From: Gemmatimonadales bacterium
GTDB lineage: Bacteria; Gemmatimonadota; Gemmatimonadetes; Gemmatimonadales; GWC2-71-9
Reading direction: 5' to 3'
Assembly: GCA_035500495.1 (NCBI GenBank)
Contig: DATJXC010000029.1
Span: 30,243 to 94,242 of the forward strand
Length of the DNA: 64,000 nucleotides
Shown here piece after piece: positions 19,178 through 28,300 of this stretch (position 1 is the stretch's first letter; every line of letters begins with the position of its first letter). Under the pieces are notes generated by a model. The model had not been told where the DNA came from and did not search any database. It saw nothing but the letters and a program-made list of their open reading frames with translations. The position numbers were made by a program, and so were the translations under genes.

Positions 19178-20148
19178 GCGTCCGGCGCCCGCACGCGTGG
19201 ATCGGCGGCCATATACAGCAGGTCGGCGAGCGCGCTGCCGGTGACCACGAGCACGCTCGCGAGCAAGGCGGTGGCCGTCACCACCGGGTAGTCACGCGCG
19301 GCGATGGCATCCGCCGTGAGCTTGCCCATCCCCGGCCAGGCGAACACGGTTTCGACCAGCACCGCACCGGTGAGGAGAAACGGAAGGGCCAGACCGACCA
19401 TGGTGATGGCCGGCAGCAACGCATTGCGAAGCGCGTGGAGCCACACCACCCGACGTTCCGAGAGGCCCTTCGCGCGGGCTGCGCGAACGAATTCCTGATT
19501 GAGCGCCTCGAGCATCGCGGCCCGCTGGTAACGGGCGGTCCCCGCGGCCCCGACGACCCCGAGGGTGAGCGCCGGGAGGATCAGGTGACGCAGGCGATCG
19601 GCGAGATGCGCGGCGAATGGGGCCGAGTCGGAAAGCACCGGATCCCGGATCCCGCCGACGGGCAGCCAGTGCAGGCGCTCCCCGAACACCAGCAGGAGGA
19701 CCAGGGCGAGCCAGAAGACGGGGAGCGAGTAGAGGGTCAGTGTGGCGGCACGGATCGCCGCGTCGACCCGGCGTCGGGCGCGGGAGGCCTGGTAGGTACC
19801 CAGCGTGAGCCCCAACAGCAGATCCACCGCGAGCGCCGTACCGGCGAGGAGCAGGGTGTTCGGCACGGCATCGGCGAGCGCCTGGGCCACGGGCCGCCGC
19901 TGGCTGAAGGAGAGACCGAGATCGCCGTGCCCCAGGGCGCCAAGGTAGCGAACGAACTGTACTGGGAGGGGCTGGTCCAGGCCGAACCGCGCGCGCAAGG
20001 CGGCCACGACCGCGGGGTCCACCGCTCGCTCGTCGCCGGGGAGAAACGGGGTACCCGGGGCCAGGTGGATGGCGATGAAGCTGAGGGTGACGACCGCGAA
20101 GACGATGGCGAGCGCGGCGGCGAGACGCCGCAGGAGCCATGTCGCCAC
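19174..20148 (-). CDS. peptide ABC transporter permease (DppB/OppB-like)
   Basis: 324 aa. The N-terminus MATWLLRRLAAALAIVFAVVTLSFIAIHLAPG is typical of DppB/OppB. EAA loop: RAARAKGLSERRVVWLHALRNAL. Confidence 0.85.
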   Translation of the reverse strand: MATWLLRRLAAALAIVFAVVTLSFIAIHLAPGTPFLPGDERAVDPAVVAALRARFGLDQPLPVQFVRYLGALGHGDLGLSFSQRRPVAQALADAVPNTLLLAGTALAVDLLLGLTLGTYQASRARRRVDAAIRAATLTLYSLPVFWLALVLLLVFGERLHWLPVGGIRDPVLSDSAPFAAHLADRLRHLILPALTLGVVGAAGTARYQRAAMLEALNQEFVRAARAKGLSERRVVWLHALRNALLPAITMVGLALPFLLTGAVLVETVFAWPGMGKLTADAIAARDYPVVTATALLASVLVVTGSALADLLYMAADPRVRAPDA

Positions 20149-21807
20149 TCAGCGCTCCGCGCGATCCCGATCGATCAGCTGGTCCGGCGCGATGCGCCAG
20201 GTGCGAATCAGCGCGGCCCAGGCGTCGGGCCGGATGCGGACGTGGGTCACGCGCCGGTGCAGCGCGGCCACGTTATCCGCCGCGTTCAGCACGATCGCGG
20301 GGGCGTCCTGATTCAGGGTTTGGAACGCGCGCCGCCAGGCGTCGATCGCCCCCGCGCGGTCCGGGGCGGACACCGCCCGCTCGACCAGGCTGTCGAAGGC
20401 CGGATCTGCGTAGTGCCCGTAGTTGGAGCCTCCGCCGGTTTCCCACAGCTGGGCCACACCTGAGGACGGCGACGGATCGGCGGACCAGGATTGGATCGCG
20501 GTGTCGAACGTCCCCGCCCGGGAACGCTCGCTGAACGCGCCGGCGTCCACTTCGTCGATCACGACCTCCGCACCGATCGCGCGCAGCTGCTCCTGGATCA
20601 GGCGGGCGTACATCCGGCGGGAACCGCTCGTCACGGGCACCATCAGGTGGAACGAGAGCCTCACGCCGTTGTGGTCGCGGATGCCGTCGCCGTCCGTGTC
20701 CCGCCAGCCGCGGCGTTCCAGTATTCGGCTCGCCTGCAGCGTGTCGTAGGGCGGCACCGTCAGCTCGGGGAGCCAGAGCCACGACCAGGCCTGCGGTATC
20801 GGCGCCGGCGGCACCTTCGCGGTCCCCGCGAACACGCTCTGGGCCATCGCGGCCCGGTCGGTGGCGAGGATCAAGGCGCGCCGCACGTCGGGATCGCCGA
20901 ACAACGGGTGGGGTCGAGTGCTGTCGCCGTTGGCGCGAAGATTGTAGCCCAGGTAGCTGTAGACCGTACCGGAGTATGGGTAGAGCGCCAGCTGTGCGGC
21001 GGCCCGGGCGCGCGCCACGTTGGTCGGGGAGAGCAACACCTGCAAGGCGTCGGCTTCGCCCGCCACGAGCTGCGTCACCGCGGCGGAGAAGTCGGTGGCG
21101 AAGCGCCAGATCAATCGCCGAATGTGGGGCCGACCGAGAAAGAAAGTCGAGTCCGCGGCCAGCTCCAGCGACTCCCCCTCCTTCCAGGCGACCAGGCGGT
21201 ACGGGCCGTCCCCCACCGGAGCTCGGCCGAACGCCGCCGTGGTCCACTGACTGCGGGGCACGGCGGAGAGCAGATGCTCCGGCAGGATCCGCATGTGGTA
21301 GACCGCGTCGTAGAACATCTCGGGGTAGCGGTCGCGAAACGCGAAGGCGACGGTCAGCGAATCGCGCGCGACGACCGCGGCGATGTGCCGCAAGCTGGCC
21401 CGGTAGGGCGAAACCACAGTCGAGTCGGTGTAGGCGGCGAAGCTGAACGCGACGTCGCGCGCCCGGACGGGACGGCCGTCCTGCCAACGGGCGCGGGGGT
21501 CCAGGGAAAAGACCAGGGTGAGCGGATCGGCCCACCGCCACCGCTGCGCCAAGAGGGGCTCGAAGCCGGAATCGCCGAGCGTGCTTCCGGCGGGGCCGAT
21601 GTCAGCGAGCTTCAGGAAGATCTGATCGAAGATGTCGCTGTCGAGCTTCTGATCGGTCACCGGCGGGAGCAGGGACGTCGGTTGGCCGATCCCCAGGATC
21701 AGGAGCGTACCGCAGTAGTCACCCGCGCAGTCCACCCGCCCCCCGCCCGATGAGGCGGTTGCGCCCAGGGTGAGAAACAGAAGGAAGACCCAGGTCGCGA
21801 TGCGCAT
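20149..21807 (-). CDS. ABC transporter substrate-binding protein, family 5 (peptide/nickel type)
   Basis: 552 aa with a signal peptide (MRIATWVFLLFLTLGATASS). Length and sequence pattern fit SBP_bac_5. It directly abuts the first permease gene. Confidence 0.8.
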   Translation of the reverse strand: MRIATWVFLLFLTLGATASSGGGRVDCAGDYCGTLLILGIGQPTSLLPPVTDQKLDSDIFDQIFLKLADIGPAGSTLGDSGFEPLLAQRWRWADPLTLVFSLDPRARWQDGRPVRARDVAFSFAAYTDSTVVSPYRASLRHIAAVVARDSLTVAFAFRDRYPEMFYDAVYHMRILPEHLLSAVPRSQWTTAAFGRAPVGDGPYRLVAWKEGESLELAADSTFFLGRPHIRRLIWRFATDFSAAVTQLVAGEADALQVLLSPTNVARARAAAQLALYPYSGTVYSYLGYNLRANGDSTRPHPLFGDPDVRRALILATDRAAMAQSVFAGTAKVPPAPIPQAWSWLWLPELTVPPYDTLQASRILERRGWRDTDGDGIRDHNGVRLSFHLMVPVTSGSRRMYARLIQEQLRAIGAEVVIDEVDAGAFSERSRAGTFDTAIQSWSADPSPSSGVAQLWETGGGSNYGHYADPAFDSLVERAVSAPDRAGAIDAWRRAFQTLNQDAPAIVLNAADNVAALHRRVTHVRIRPDAWAALIRTWRIAPDQLIDRDRAER

Positions 21808-21831
21808 GCGCCTAAGATTCCATCCTCGCCC

Positions 21832-22623
21832 CTAGCGGCGCCAGGTCCATGCGGGGTCGGAGAAGCGGACGGAGGACGGCGGGCAAGGACGGGCGAGGAC
21901 GGGCGGGGACGGGCAAGGTGGACCCCAGGTGCTCGCGATTGCATCGGTCACTTCACCAAAGCCGACCGGGCGCCCGAGAATGGCCGATAGAGTCGTAGCG
22001 GAGCTGACCGCTGACGGCTGAACGCTGACGGCTGAGACCGTCTCCTGCGATCCATCCAGCAGGATCGATCCGTGCTGCAGGAAGGCTCGACCGAGTCGCA
22101 CCTGGGCGGAGCCGATCACTTTCTTCCCGTCAACGACGACCTCGCCACCCACCGGGGCGGAGAAACAAGCGCTCGGGCGACCGTCCAACGCCGGGATCCG
22201 CGTGCGGGGGGCGAGTGAGGCCGGCACGCCGAGGAGGCGTAAGGCCCTTGCCAGGCGCTCGTGGATCGCGCGGTAGCTCTCGGTCAAGGAGCCGAACGCC
22301 GCGATTGGCGCGGCGACGGCATAGGTCACTTCGTGCTCGTGCCACACCGCTCGACCCCCGGTGGGCCGGCGCACCACGTCGAGACCCAATCGCTCGATGG
22401 CGGCCCGATCGTACCGGGTCAGCGCCGGTTCATTGCGCCCGAGCGAAAGGCACGGCGGGGACCATCGATAGAGGCGCAGGAACGCGGCGCCGGAGCGGTC
22501 GGCTGCGCCGAGCAGCGATTCATCTTCCGCCATGTTCTCGTCCCCGGGGCGACCTTCCGGCTCGACCGACACGCACCACGTTAAGGTCGCTGCACCGACG
22601 GGAGAGGCTGCCACCGGCTGCAT
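21832..22623 (-). CDS. lipoate-protein ligase / octanoyltransferase family protein (BPL_LplA_LipB domain)
   Basis: FLRLYRWSPPCLSLGRNEP, VVRRPTGGRAVWHEHEVTY and GKKVIGSAQVR (catalytic Lys region). I prefer start MQPVAAS at 22623, 1 nt into the gcvP stop (TGATG); the track start is 22668. The C-terminal third carries repeat DNA. Confidence 0.7.
   Translation of the reverse strand: MQPVAASPVGAATLTWCVSVEPEGRPGDENMAEDESLLGAADRSGAAFLRLYRWSPPCLSLGRNEPALTRYDRAAIERLGLDVVRRPTGGRAVWHEHEVTYAVAAPIAAFGSLTESYRAIHERLARALRLLGVPASLAPRTRIPALDGRPSACFSAPVGGEVVVDGKKVIGSAQVRLGRAFLQHGSILLDGSQETVSAVSVQPSAVSSATTLSAILGRPVGFGEVTDAIASTWGPPCPSPPVLARPCPPSSVRFSDPAWTWRR
21867..21916. repeat. GGACGG-based short tandem repeat (three 10-mers plus two degenerate units) inside the CDS 3' end
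   Basis: GGACGGA GGACGGCGGGCAA followed by GGACGGGCGA GGACGGGCGG GGACGGGCAA. The GGACGG motif starts at 21867, 21874, 21887, 21897 and 21907. Confidence 0.7.
22003..22037. repeat. five tandem heptamers (GCTGANN)5, CAGCSGT-family element inside a CDS
   Basis: GCTGACC GCTGACG GCTGAAC GCTGACG GCTGAGA. 22002-22025 matches the right arm of the intergenic palindrome (26262-26285) at 21 of 24 positions. Confidence 0.7.
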
Positions 22624-25520
22624 CAGGGCCCGACCTTGGCGTACTCCTCGATCGGTGGACAGGTGCACACCAGGTTGCGGTCCCCATAGGCGTCATCGAT
22701 CCGGCTCACCGGTGGCCACACCTTGTGCTCGCGGGTGGCCGCGGACGGGAACGCCGCGCGCTCCCGCGAGTAGGGGCGGTCCCACCGATCCGCGAGGAGA
22801 TCGGCCAGGGGATGCGGGGCGTGCTTCAGCAGGTTGTTCTCCTTGTCCGCCTCCCCGCGCTCGACCTCGAGGATCTCACCGCGGATCGCGATCAGCGCGT
22901 CGCAGAAACGATCCAGCTCCTCCTTCGACTCACTCTCCGTCGGCTCGACCATCAGCGTACCGGGTACGGGGAAGCTCACCGTGGGCGGATGGAATCCGTA
23001 GTCGATGAGCCGCTTCGCGATGTCCGACACCTCGATCCCCGCCGAAGCCTTGAAGGGGCGGGTATCGAGAATGCACTCGTGCGCCACGAGCCCCCCGGGT
23101 CCCGTGTACAGCGTCGGAATGTGCCCGGCCAGCCGCTTGGCGATGTAGTTCGCGTTGAGGATTGCGATCTTGGTCGCTTCGGTCAGTCCATCGGGTCCCA
23201 TAAGCCGGATGTACGCCCAGGAAATCGGGAGGACGCTCGGGCTCCCCCAGGGAGCCGCCGACACCGTGCCGCAGCTTTGCGCGCCGATCCCCAGGGGCAC
23301 CACAGGGTGGTCCGGGAGAAACGGCGCCAGGTGGGACGCGACGCAGATGGGCCCCATCCCCGGCCCGCCGCCCCCGTGCGGGATGCAGAACGTCTTGTGC
23401 AGGTTCAGGTGACAGACGTCGGCGCCGATGTCGCCGGGACGGCACAGCCCCACCTGGGCGTTCATGTTCGCGCCGTCCATGTACACCTGGCCGCCGTGCT
23501 CGTGCACGATGCGGCACACGTCCTTGATGGTGGCTTCAAACACGCCGTGGGTGGACGGGTAGGTGACCATGAGCGCGCCGAGCGTGGCCTTGTGGGTCTC
23601 GGCCTTGGCTTTCAGGTCCGCGACGTCGATCTCCCCGCGGTCGTTCGTCTTCACCACCACGACCTGCATCCCGGCCATCACCGCGCTCGCCGGGTTCGTG
23701 CCGTGGGCCGAGGCGGGAATGAGACAGGTAGTGCGGTGCCCTTGGCCCTGGGCGCGGTGGTAGGCCCGGATCACGAGCAGACCCGTGAACTCCCCCTGGG
23801 CTCCGGAGTTGGGCTGCAGGGAGGTACCGGCGAAGCCGGTGATTTCGTTCAACCATCCCTCGAGCCGCCGGAACAGATCCGTGTACCCGGGAGCCTGCTC
23901 GCGCGGCGCGAACGGGTGCAACCGCCCGAACCCGGACCAGGTGATCGGCGCCATCTCGGCCGTCGCGTTGAGCTTCATCGTGCACGAGCCGAGGGGGATC
24001 ATCGCGCTCGTCAGCGAGAGATCGCGGTCCTCGAGCTTCTTGAGATAGCGCAGCATCTCGGTTTCGGAGCGGTACCGGGAGAAGATCGGGTGCGTCAGGA
24101 AAGGCGACGTGCGGGTGAGGGCCGCCGGCACGGCGGCGGGGGCATCGGCCACCAGCGCGCCGCGGGGGGCGCCCCCTTTGGCGCTGCCGAACACCTCCAC
24201 CAGATCCGCGAGGTCCTCATCGGTGACGGTTTCGTCGAGCGCGATGCCGACCTGAGTGGCACCGAGTGCCCGCAGGTTGATCTGCCGCCCGTGGGCGGCC
24301 TGGTGGATGGCCGACGCGAGCTTCGCGTCGACCTGCACCGCGAGGGTATCGAAGAATGCCTCGTGGGAGAGCCGGTAGCCCATGGCGCGCAGCGTGGCGG
24401 CCAGCCGCCGCGTCTGGTGGTGGACTCGCTCGGCGATGCGCCGAATCCCTTCGGGGCCGTGCCACACGGCATACATCCCGGCGCACACGGCGAGCAGGAC
24501 CTGAGCCGTGCAGATATTGCTCGTGGCCTTCTCGCGGCGGATGTGCTGCTCGCGCGTGCCGAGCGCCATCCGCAGGCCAGGACGTCCCGCCCGATCGCGC
24601 GACACCCCGATAATCCGCCCCGGGAAGAGCCGCTTGTACTGATCCTTGGTGGCGAAGAATGCCGCGTGAGGACCGCCGTACCCCAGCGGCACGCCGAAGC
24701 GTTGGGAGTTCCCGACGGCGATGTCCGCTCCCCATTCACCCGGAGGCGTGAGCACGGCGAGGGCCAGGAGATCCGTCGCCGCCGTGACCAGCGCGCCCGC
24801 GGCGTGGGCGCGCTCGCACAGCCCACGAAAATCCCGTACGGCGCCGTCGGTGCCGGGGTACTGCACCAACGCGCCCACCACATGCCCCTGGAAGGCGAAC
24901 TCATCCGGGTTCCCCACGACGATCTCGATTCCCAGCACCTCAGCGCGGGTCCGCACCACGGCGATCGTCTGCGGATGGCACCGGTCGTCGATGAGATAGA
25001 CGGGACTCGCGCCCGGCTGCGCCGCGGCGACGGTCATATGCATCGCTTCGGCGGCCGCCGTGGCCTCGTCGAGCAGTGAGGCGTTGGCGATTTCCAGCCC
25101 CGTCAGGTCGGCGACCGTGGTCTGGAAGTTGAGCAGCGCTTCGAGGCGCCCCTGCGCGATTTCGGCCTGGTAGGGGGTGTACGCGGTGTACCAGCCGGGG
25201 TTTTCGAGAATGTTCCGCAGGATCACGGGTGGCGTGACCGTATCGGAGTAGCCCAGGCCGATGTAGGACCGGAACACCTGATTCTGCGCCTGCATGGATC
25301 GCAGCTCGGCGATGGTCTGGCGCTCCGTCCTCGCCGCGGGCAGGTCCAGGGGCCGGCGCAGCCGGATCTCCGGCGGCACGACCGCGTCGATGAACGCGTC
25401 GAGGGAGGAATACCCGACGACGCGCAGCATCTCCTGGACGTCGTGGGGTCGTGGGCCGTTGTGCCGCGCCGCGAAGCGGTCCGGCGCGGATGAGGGGGGG
25501 GTCGAAGCGGCTTTCGCCAT
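22623..25520 (-). CDS. gcvP: glycine dehydrogenase (decarboxylating), single-chain P protein
   Basis: 965 aa. [36 protein letters not shown] and [16 protein letters not shown] (PLP lysine region) are classic GcvP motifs. Confidence 0.95.
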   Translation of the reverse strand: MAKAASTPPSSAPDRFAARHNGPRPHDVQEMLRVVGYSSLDAFIDAVVPPEIRLRRPLDLPAARTERQTIAELRSMQAQNQVFRSYIGLGYSDTVTPPVILRNILENPGWYTAYTPYQAEIAQGRLEALLNFQTTVADLTGLEIANASLLDEATAAAEAMHMTVAAAQPGASPVYLIDDRCHPQTIAVVRTRAEVLGIEIVVGNPDEFAFQGHVVGALVQYPGTDGAVRDFRGLCERAHAAGALVTAATDLLALAVLTPPGEWGADIAVGNSQRFGVPLGYGGPHAAFFATKDQYKRLFPGRIIGVSRDRAGRPGLRMALGTREQHIRREKATSNICTAQVLLAVCAGMYAVWHGPEGIRRIAERVHHQTRRLAATLRAMGYRLSHEAFFDTLAVQVDAKLASAIHQAAHGRQINLRALGATQVGIALDETVTDEDLADLVEVFGSAKGGAPRGALVADAPAAVPAALTRTSPFLTHPIFSRYRSETEMLRYLKKLEDRDLSLTSAMIPLGSCTMKLNATAEMAPITWSGFGRLHPFAPREQAPGYTDLFRRLEGWLNEITGFAGTSLQPNSGAQGEFTGLLVIRAYHRAQGQGHRTTCLIPASAHGTNPASAVMAGMQVVVVKTNDRGEIDVADLKAKAETHKATLGALMVTYPSTHGVFEATIKDVCRIVHEHGGQVYMDGANMNAQVGLCRPGDIGADVCHLNLHKTFCIPHGGGGPGMGPICVASHLAPFLPDHPVVPLGIGAQSCGTVSAAPWGSPSVLPISWAYIRLMGPDGLTEATKIAILNANYIAKRLAGHIPTLYTGPGGLVAHECILDTRPFKASAGIEVSDIAKRLIDYGFHPPTVSFPVPGTLMVEPTESESKEELDRFCDALIAIRGEILEVERGEADKENNLLKHAPHPLADLLADRWDRPYSRERAAFPSAATREHKVWPPVSRIDDAYGDRNLVCTCPPIEEYAKVGP

Positions 25521-25531
25521 AATGGTCTCGT

Positions 25532-26215
25532 TCAGGTGCGTTGCAGGGACTGGCCGGGCGCCAGGATCACGACGTCGGCCCGACTGCCCACTTTGCGGCG
25601 GAACTCCTCGGGATCGGCTTTGATGATGTCCCAGGTGTTGTAGTGCATCGGGACGACCACCGTCGGCTGCACGAATTCGACGGCGCGGACCGCGTCATCG
25701 ATACCCATCGTGTAGTTGTCGCCGATCGGCACGAGCAGGACGTCCACCCGCCCCGCCAGGAGCTGCATCTCCAGGGTCAGCGCCGTGTCCCCGGTGTGAT
25801 ACACCGTCTGGCCCGCCAGGGTGAGCACGACGCCGCACGGGTTGGTCGTGTACTGCCCCGTGGGGTCGCCCTCCACGCGACCGCCATGGAACGCGGGGAC
25901 GAGCTTCACGCGTCCGAAAGGAAACGAGTGCGCGCCGCCGATGTGCATGGCGTGCACCTGCGCTCCTTGCGATTCGCAGAACTTGGCCAGCTCGGAGGGG
26001 GCCACGACCGTCGCGCCGTCGCGGCGGGACAAGGGGATGGCGTCACCCAGATGATCGCGGTGGCCGTGGGACAAGAGAATGGCATCGACCCGCGGCAGCT
26101 GCGCGAGGCTCACATCAGCTTTGGGATTGTCGGTGAGGAATGGATCGATGATCACCCGCTTCCCGTCTCCGGTGACGGTGAAGCAGGCGTGGCCGTGGTA
26201 GGTGAGGGTGAGCAC
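25532..26215 (-). CDS. metal-dependent hydrolase, MBL fold (UPF0173-like)
   Basis: GTG start. [24 protein letters not shown] (HxHxDH) and YHTGDT. 227 aa. Confidence 0.8.
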   Translation of the reverse strand: MLTLTYHGHACFTVTGDGKRVIIDPFLTDNPKADVSLAQLPRVDAILLSHGHRDHLGDAIPLSRRDGATVVAPSELAKFCESQGAQVHAMHIGGAHSFPFGRVKLVPAFHGGRVEGDPTGQYTTNPCGVVLTLAGQTVYHTGDTALTLEMQLLAGRVDVLLVPIGDNYTMGIDDAVRAVEFVQPTVVVPMHYNTWDIIKADPEEFRRKVGSRADVVILAPGQSLQRT

Positions 26216-26220
26216 GGCGG

Positions 26221-26280
26221 GCTGTCAGCGGTCAGCCGTCAGCGGTCTGCCAAAAGCTGGTAGCTGACCGCTGCATGCTG
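26221..26280. repeat. heptamer-periodic palindromic element (CAGCSGT family)
   Basis: (CAGCGGT CAGCCGT CAGCGGT) at 26226-26246 faces GCTG motifs spaced 7 nt apart at 26256, 26263, 26270 and 26277. CAGCGGTCAGC (26226-26236) pairs perfectly (11 bp) with GCTGACCGCTG (26263-26273). It fills the gcvH-to-hydrolase spacer. Confidence 0.75.
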
Positions 26281-26286
26281 AACGCA

Positions 26287-26679
26287 TCATTTCCCTTCCA
26301 GCTGCTTCTGATAAGCCGCGGCGTCGAGCAGGCCGGCCGCGTCCGCCGGCTTATCCATCTTCAACTTGATCATCCAGCCTTCGCCGTAGGGATCCCGGTT
26401 CACGAGGGCCGGATCTTGCTCGAGGGCGGCATTCGGGGCCACGACTTCCCCCGCGACGGGGCAGAACAACTCGGATACCGCCTTGACGGCCTCGATGGTG
26501 CCGAAGACCTGCATCTTGCCGAACTTGGCGCCGGGTTTGGGGAGATCCACGTACACCACGTCGCCCAGCTCGCCCTGTGCGTAATCGGTGATCCCGATCT
26601 GCACGACGCCGGCTTGCGCGGTCGGCTTCAGGTATTCGTGCTCGGGTGTATAGCGCAGGTCTTTGGGAATGTTGGCCAT
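26287..26679 (-). CDS. gcvH: glycine cleavage system H protein
   Basis: MANIPKDLRYTPEHEY, VGITDYAQGELGDVVYVDLP and the lipoyl-lysine motif EAVKAVSE. The track start is TTG 26697; ATG 26679 fits family length better. Confidence 0.9.
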   Translation of the reverse strand: MANIPKDLRYTPEHEYLKPTAQAGVVQIGITDYAQGELGDVVYVDLPKPGAKFGKMQVFGTIEAVKAVSELFCPVAGEVVAPNAALEQDPALVNRDPYGEGWMIKLKMDKPADAAGLLDAAAYQKQLEGK

Positions 26680-26749
26680 CGGGCTGGTGCCCTTCAAGGA
26701 GGGGGTTCAGGTGACGCCGCGAAAAACTACCCGCGGCCGCAAACCATTG

Positions 26750-27349
26750 TCAAGCTTGACCCTGCAGCGCTTCCCACACGCGCCGGGCCTCGCGCTCCAG
26801 GTCCTCCCGGCTCCCGGCATTGTCGATCACGAAGTGACTCTTGGCGCGCTTGCGATCCGACGCCATCTGGGAGGCGATCATCTGGTCGGCGGCATCGTTG
26901 GTGAGACCGCGTAGCGCCCGCAGGCGCGTGCGCCGGACCGCCATGGGGGCGTCCACCAGCACCACGGCGTCGAATTGGGTCGGATCGAGCACTTCGAAGA
27001 GCAGGGGGATGTCGTTCACCACGATGGCGTCTCCCCGGGCGCGGGCGGCGGCCAGCAGCTCGTCCCGGCGCCGCTGCACGGCGGGATGCACGATCGCGTT
27101 CAACGCACCCAGCGCTGCGTCGTCTCCCATCACCTTCCCGCGCAGTGCCGCCCGGTCGAGGGACCCGTCGGCGGCGAGTACGTCACTGCCGAACCGACGG
27201 GCGATCGCCGCCACCACCTCGGTCCCGGGTGCCTGGGCTTCCCGCGCCAGCAAGTCGGCGTCGATGATGGTCGCCCCCCAACCGCGGAACAGCTCGACCA
27301 CCGTGGACTTGCCGGCGGCGATGTTGCCGGTGAGGGCGACGTTCAACAT
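26750..27349 (-). CDS. coaE: dephospho-CoA kinase
   Basis: The track ORF is over-extended to 27430, through the hairpin repeat. I take the start MLNVALTGNIAAGKSTV (P-loop) at 27349. IIDADLLARE and VVLVDAP fit CoaE. Confidence 0.85.
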   Translation of the reverse strand: MLNVALTGNIAAGKSTVVELFRGWGATIIDADLLAREAQAPGTEVVAAIARRFGSDVLAADGSLDRAALRGKVMGDDAALGALNAIVHPAVQRRRDELLAAARARGDAIVVNDIPLLFEVLDPTQFDAVVLVDAPMAVRRTRLRALRGLTNDAADQMIASQMASDRKRAKSHFVIDNAGSREDLEREARRVWEALQGQA

Positions 27350-27353
27350 GAAG

Positions 27354-27431
27354 CAGTGCGAAGTGCGAAGTGCGAAATGCGAAGTGACCGTGGGGTGGAC
27401 ACTTCGCACTTCGAATTTCGCACTTCGCACT
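27354..27431. repeat. long inverted repeat built from GTGCGAA heptamers (32-bp stem)
   Basis: Left arm 27355-27386 (AGTGCGAAGTGCGAAGTGCGAAATGCGAAGTG) pairs with right arm 27400-27431. That gives 29 Watson-Crick pairs, 1 G-T and 2 mismatches, with a 13-nt loop. It occupies nearly the whole tdk-coaE spacer. Confidence 0.9.
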
Positions 27432-28036
27432 CAGAGTAGCGCCGTTTGGTCCTCATCCGCCCGCGGAACCTTGTGGCAATGCCGGCACCGGGCCTCGTAC
27501 GCCTCCCGCCCGCCGACCATGATCGTGGGGCTGTCCCAGGTCGCCGGGCGGCCGTTCACCAGGCGCTGATTGCGGGTCGCCGGACCGCCGCACACCACAC
27601 AAATGGCGTGGAACTTGTCCACCACTTCCGCGATGCACATCAGCGTGGGCATCGCGCCGAACGGCAGCCCGCGAAAATCCACGTCCGTGCCGGCCAGGAT
27701 GACCCGCACTCCTCGGTCGGCGAGGTGGTTCACGACGCCCACAATGCCCTCGTCCAGGAACTGCACTTCATCCACCGCCAGCACCTCGGTGTCGGGGCGC
27801 CGACGGCGCATGATCTCCTCGGAGCTGTCGACCGGCTCTGCCTCGACCATCAGCCCGTCGTGTGTGGACACGGTATACAACCCCGCGTAGCGCTCGTCCA
27901 AATGGGACTTGAACACCTGAACTTGCTTGCGGGCGATCACGGCCCGCCGGACTCGGCGGATCAGTTCTTCGCTCTTGCCGGAGAACATTACTCCGGCAAT
28001 GACCTCAATCCATCCGGGGCGGGTGCCGTGGAACAT
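27431..28036 (-). CDS. tdk: thymidine kinase
   Basis: The track ORF is over-extended to 28561. [28 protein letters not shown] (P-loop), VLAVDEVQF and the zinc-site cysteines CVVCG...CRHCH. An alternative ATG is at 28072. Confidence 0.9.
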   Translation of the reverse strand: MFHGTRPGWIEVIAGVMFSGKSEELIRRVRRAVIARKQVQVFKSHLDERYAGLYTVSTHDGLMVEAEPVDSSEEIMRRRRPDTEVLAVDEVQFLDEGIVGVVNHLADRGVRVILAGTDVDFRGLPFGAMPTLMCIAEVVDKFHAICVVCGGPATRNQRLVNGRPATWDSPTIMVGGREAYEARCRHCHKVPRADEDQTALL

Positions 28037-28173
28037 GGGGGAAGGTGCCAAGCGTCGGGTTTCAGGTGTCATATAGGCGCCGTGGGCGTTCTGGCACTGA
28101 CGCCAGACACCCGGCACCTCGGTGGGGGAAGGGTAGTCGGGGGGGAGGGGGGGGTCAAGGAAGTGTTGGTATC

Positions 28174-28203
28174 TTGCGGATTTCCGGGGGATACCCCAAT
28201 ATT
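28174..28203 (+). promoter_or_regulatory. candidate sigma70-like promoter upstream of the HU gene
   Basis: TTGCGG (28174-28179), 18-nt spacer, AATATT (28198-28203), about 95 nt upstream of the HU start. Pattern match only. Confidence 0.3.
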
Positions 28204-28300
28204 GTGTCGGTGTATCAAGGGTTTTCTGAAGGCCCCCAGAGATAGGGGTTGAGTTGCAAGGGCTTCTCCCGGACCCACTTCCTACCACAAGGAGACCGCT

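Noticed and set aside
22215-25079. 954-aa plus-strand ORF opposite gcvP
   Set aside because: It is an antisense shadow in a GC-rich gene. The sequence is low-complexity and Arg/Gly/Pro-rich. The minus strand encodes an unmistakable glycine dehydrogenase.
26221-27431. Heptamer repeats as a CRISPR array or tandem-repeat locus
   Set aside because: The units are 7 nt with no spacers and are arranged as inverted arms within intergenic spacers of 71 and 81 nt. There are no cas genes nearby. They are better described as REP-like palindromes.
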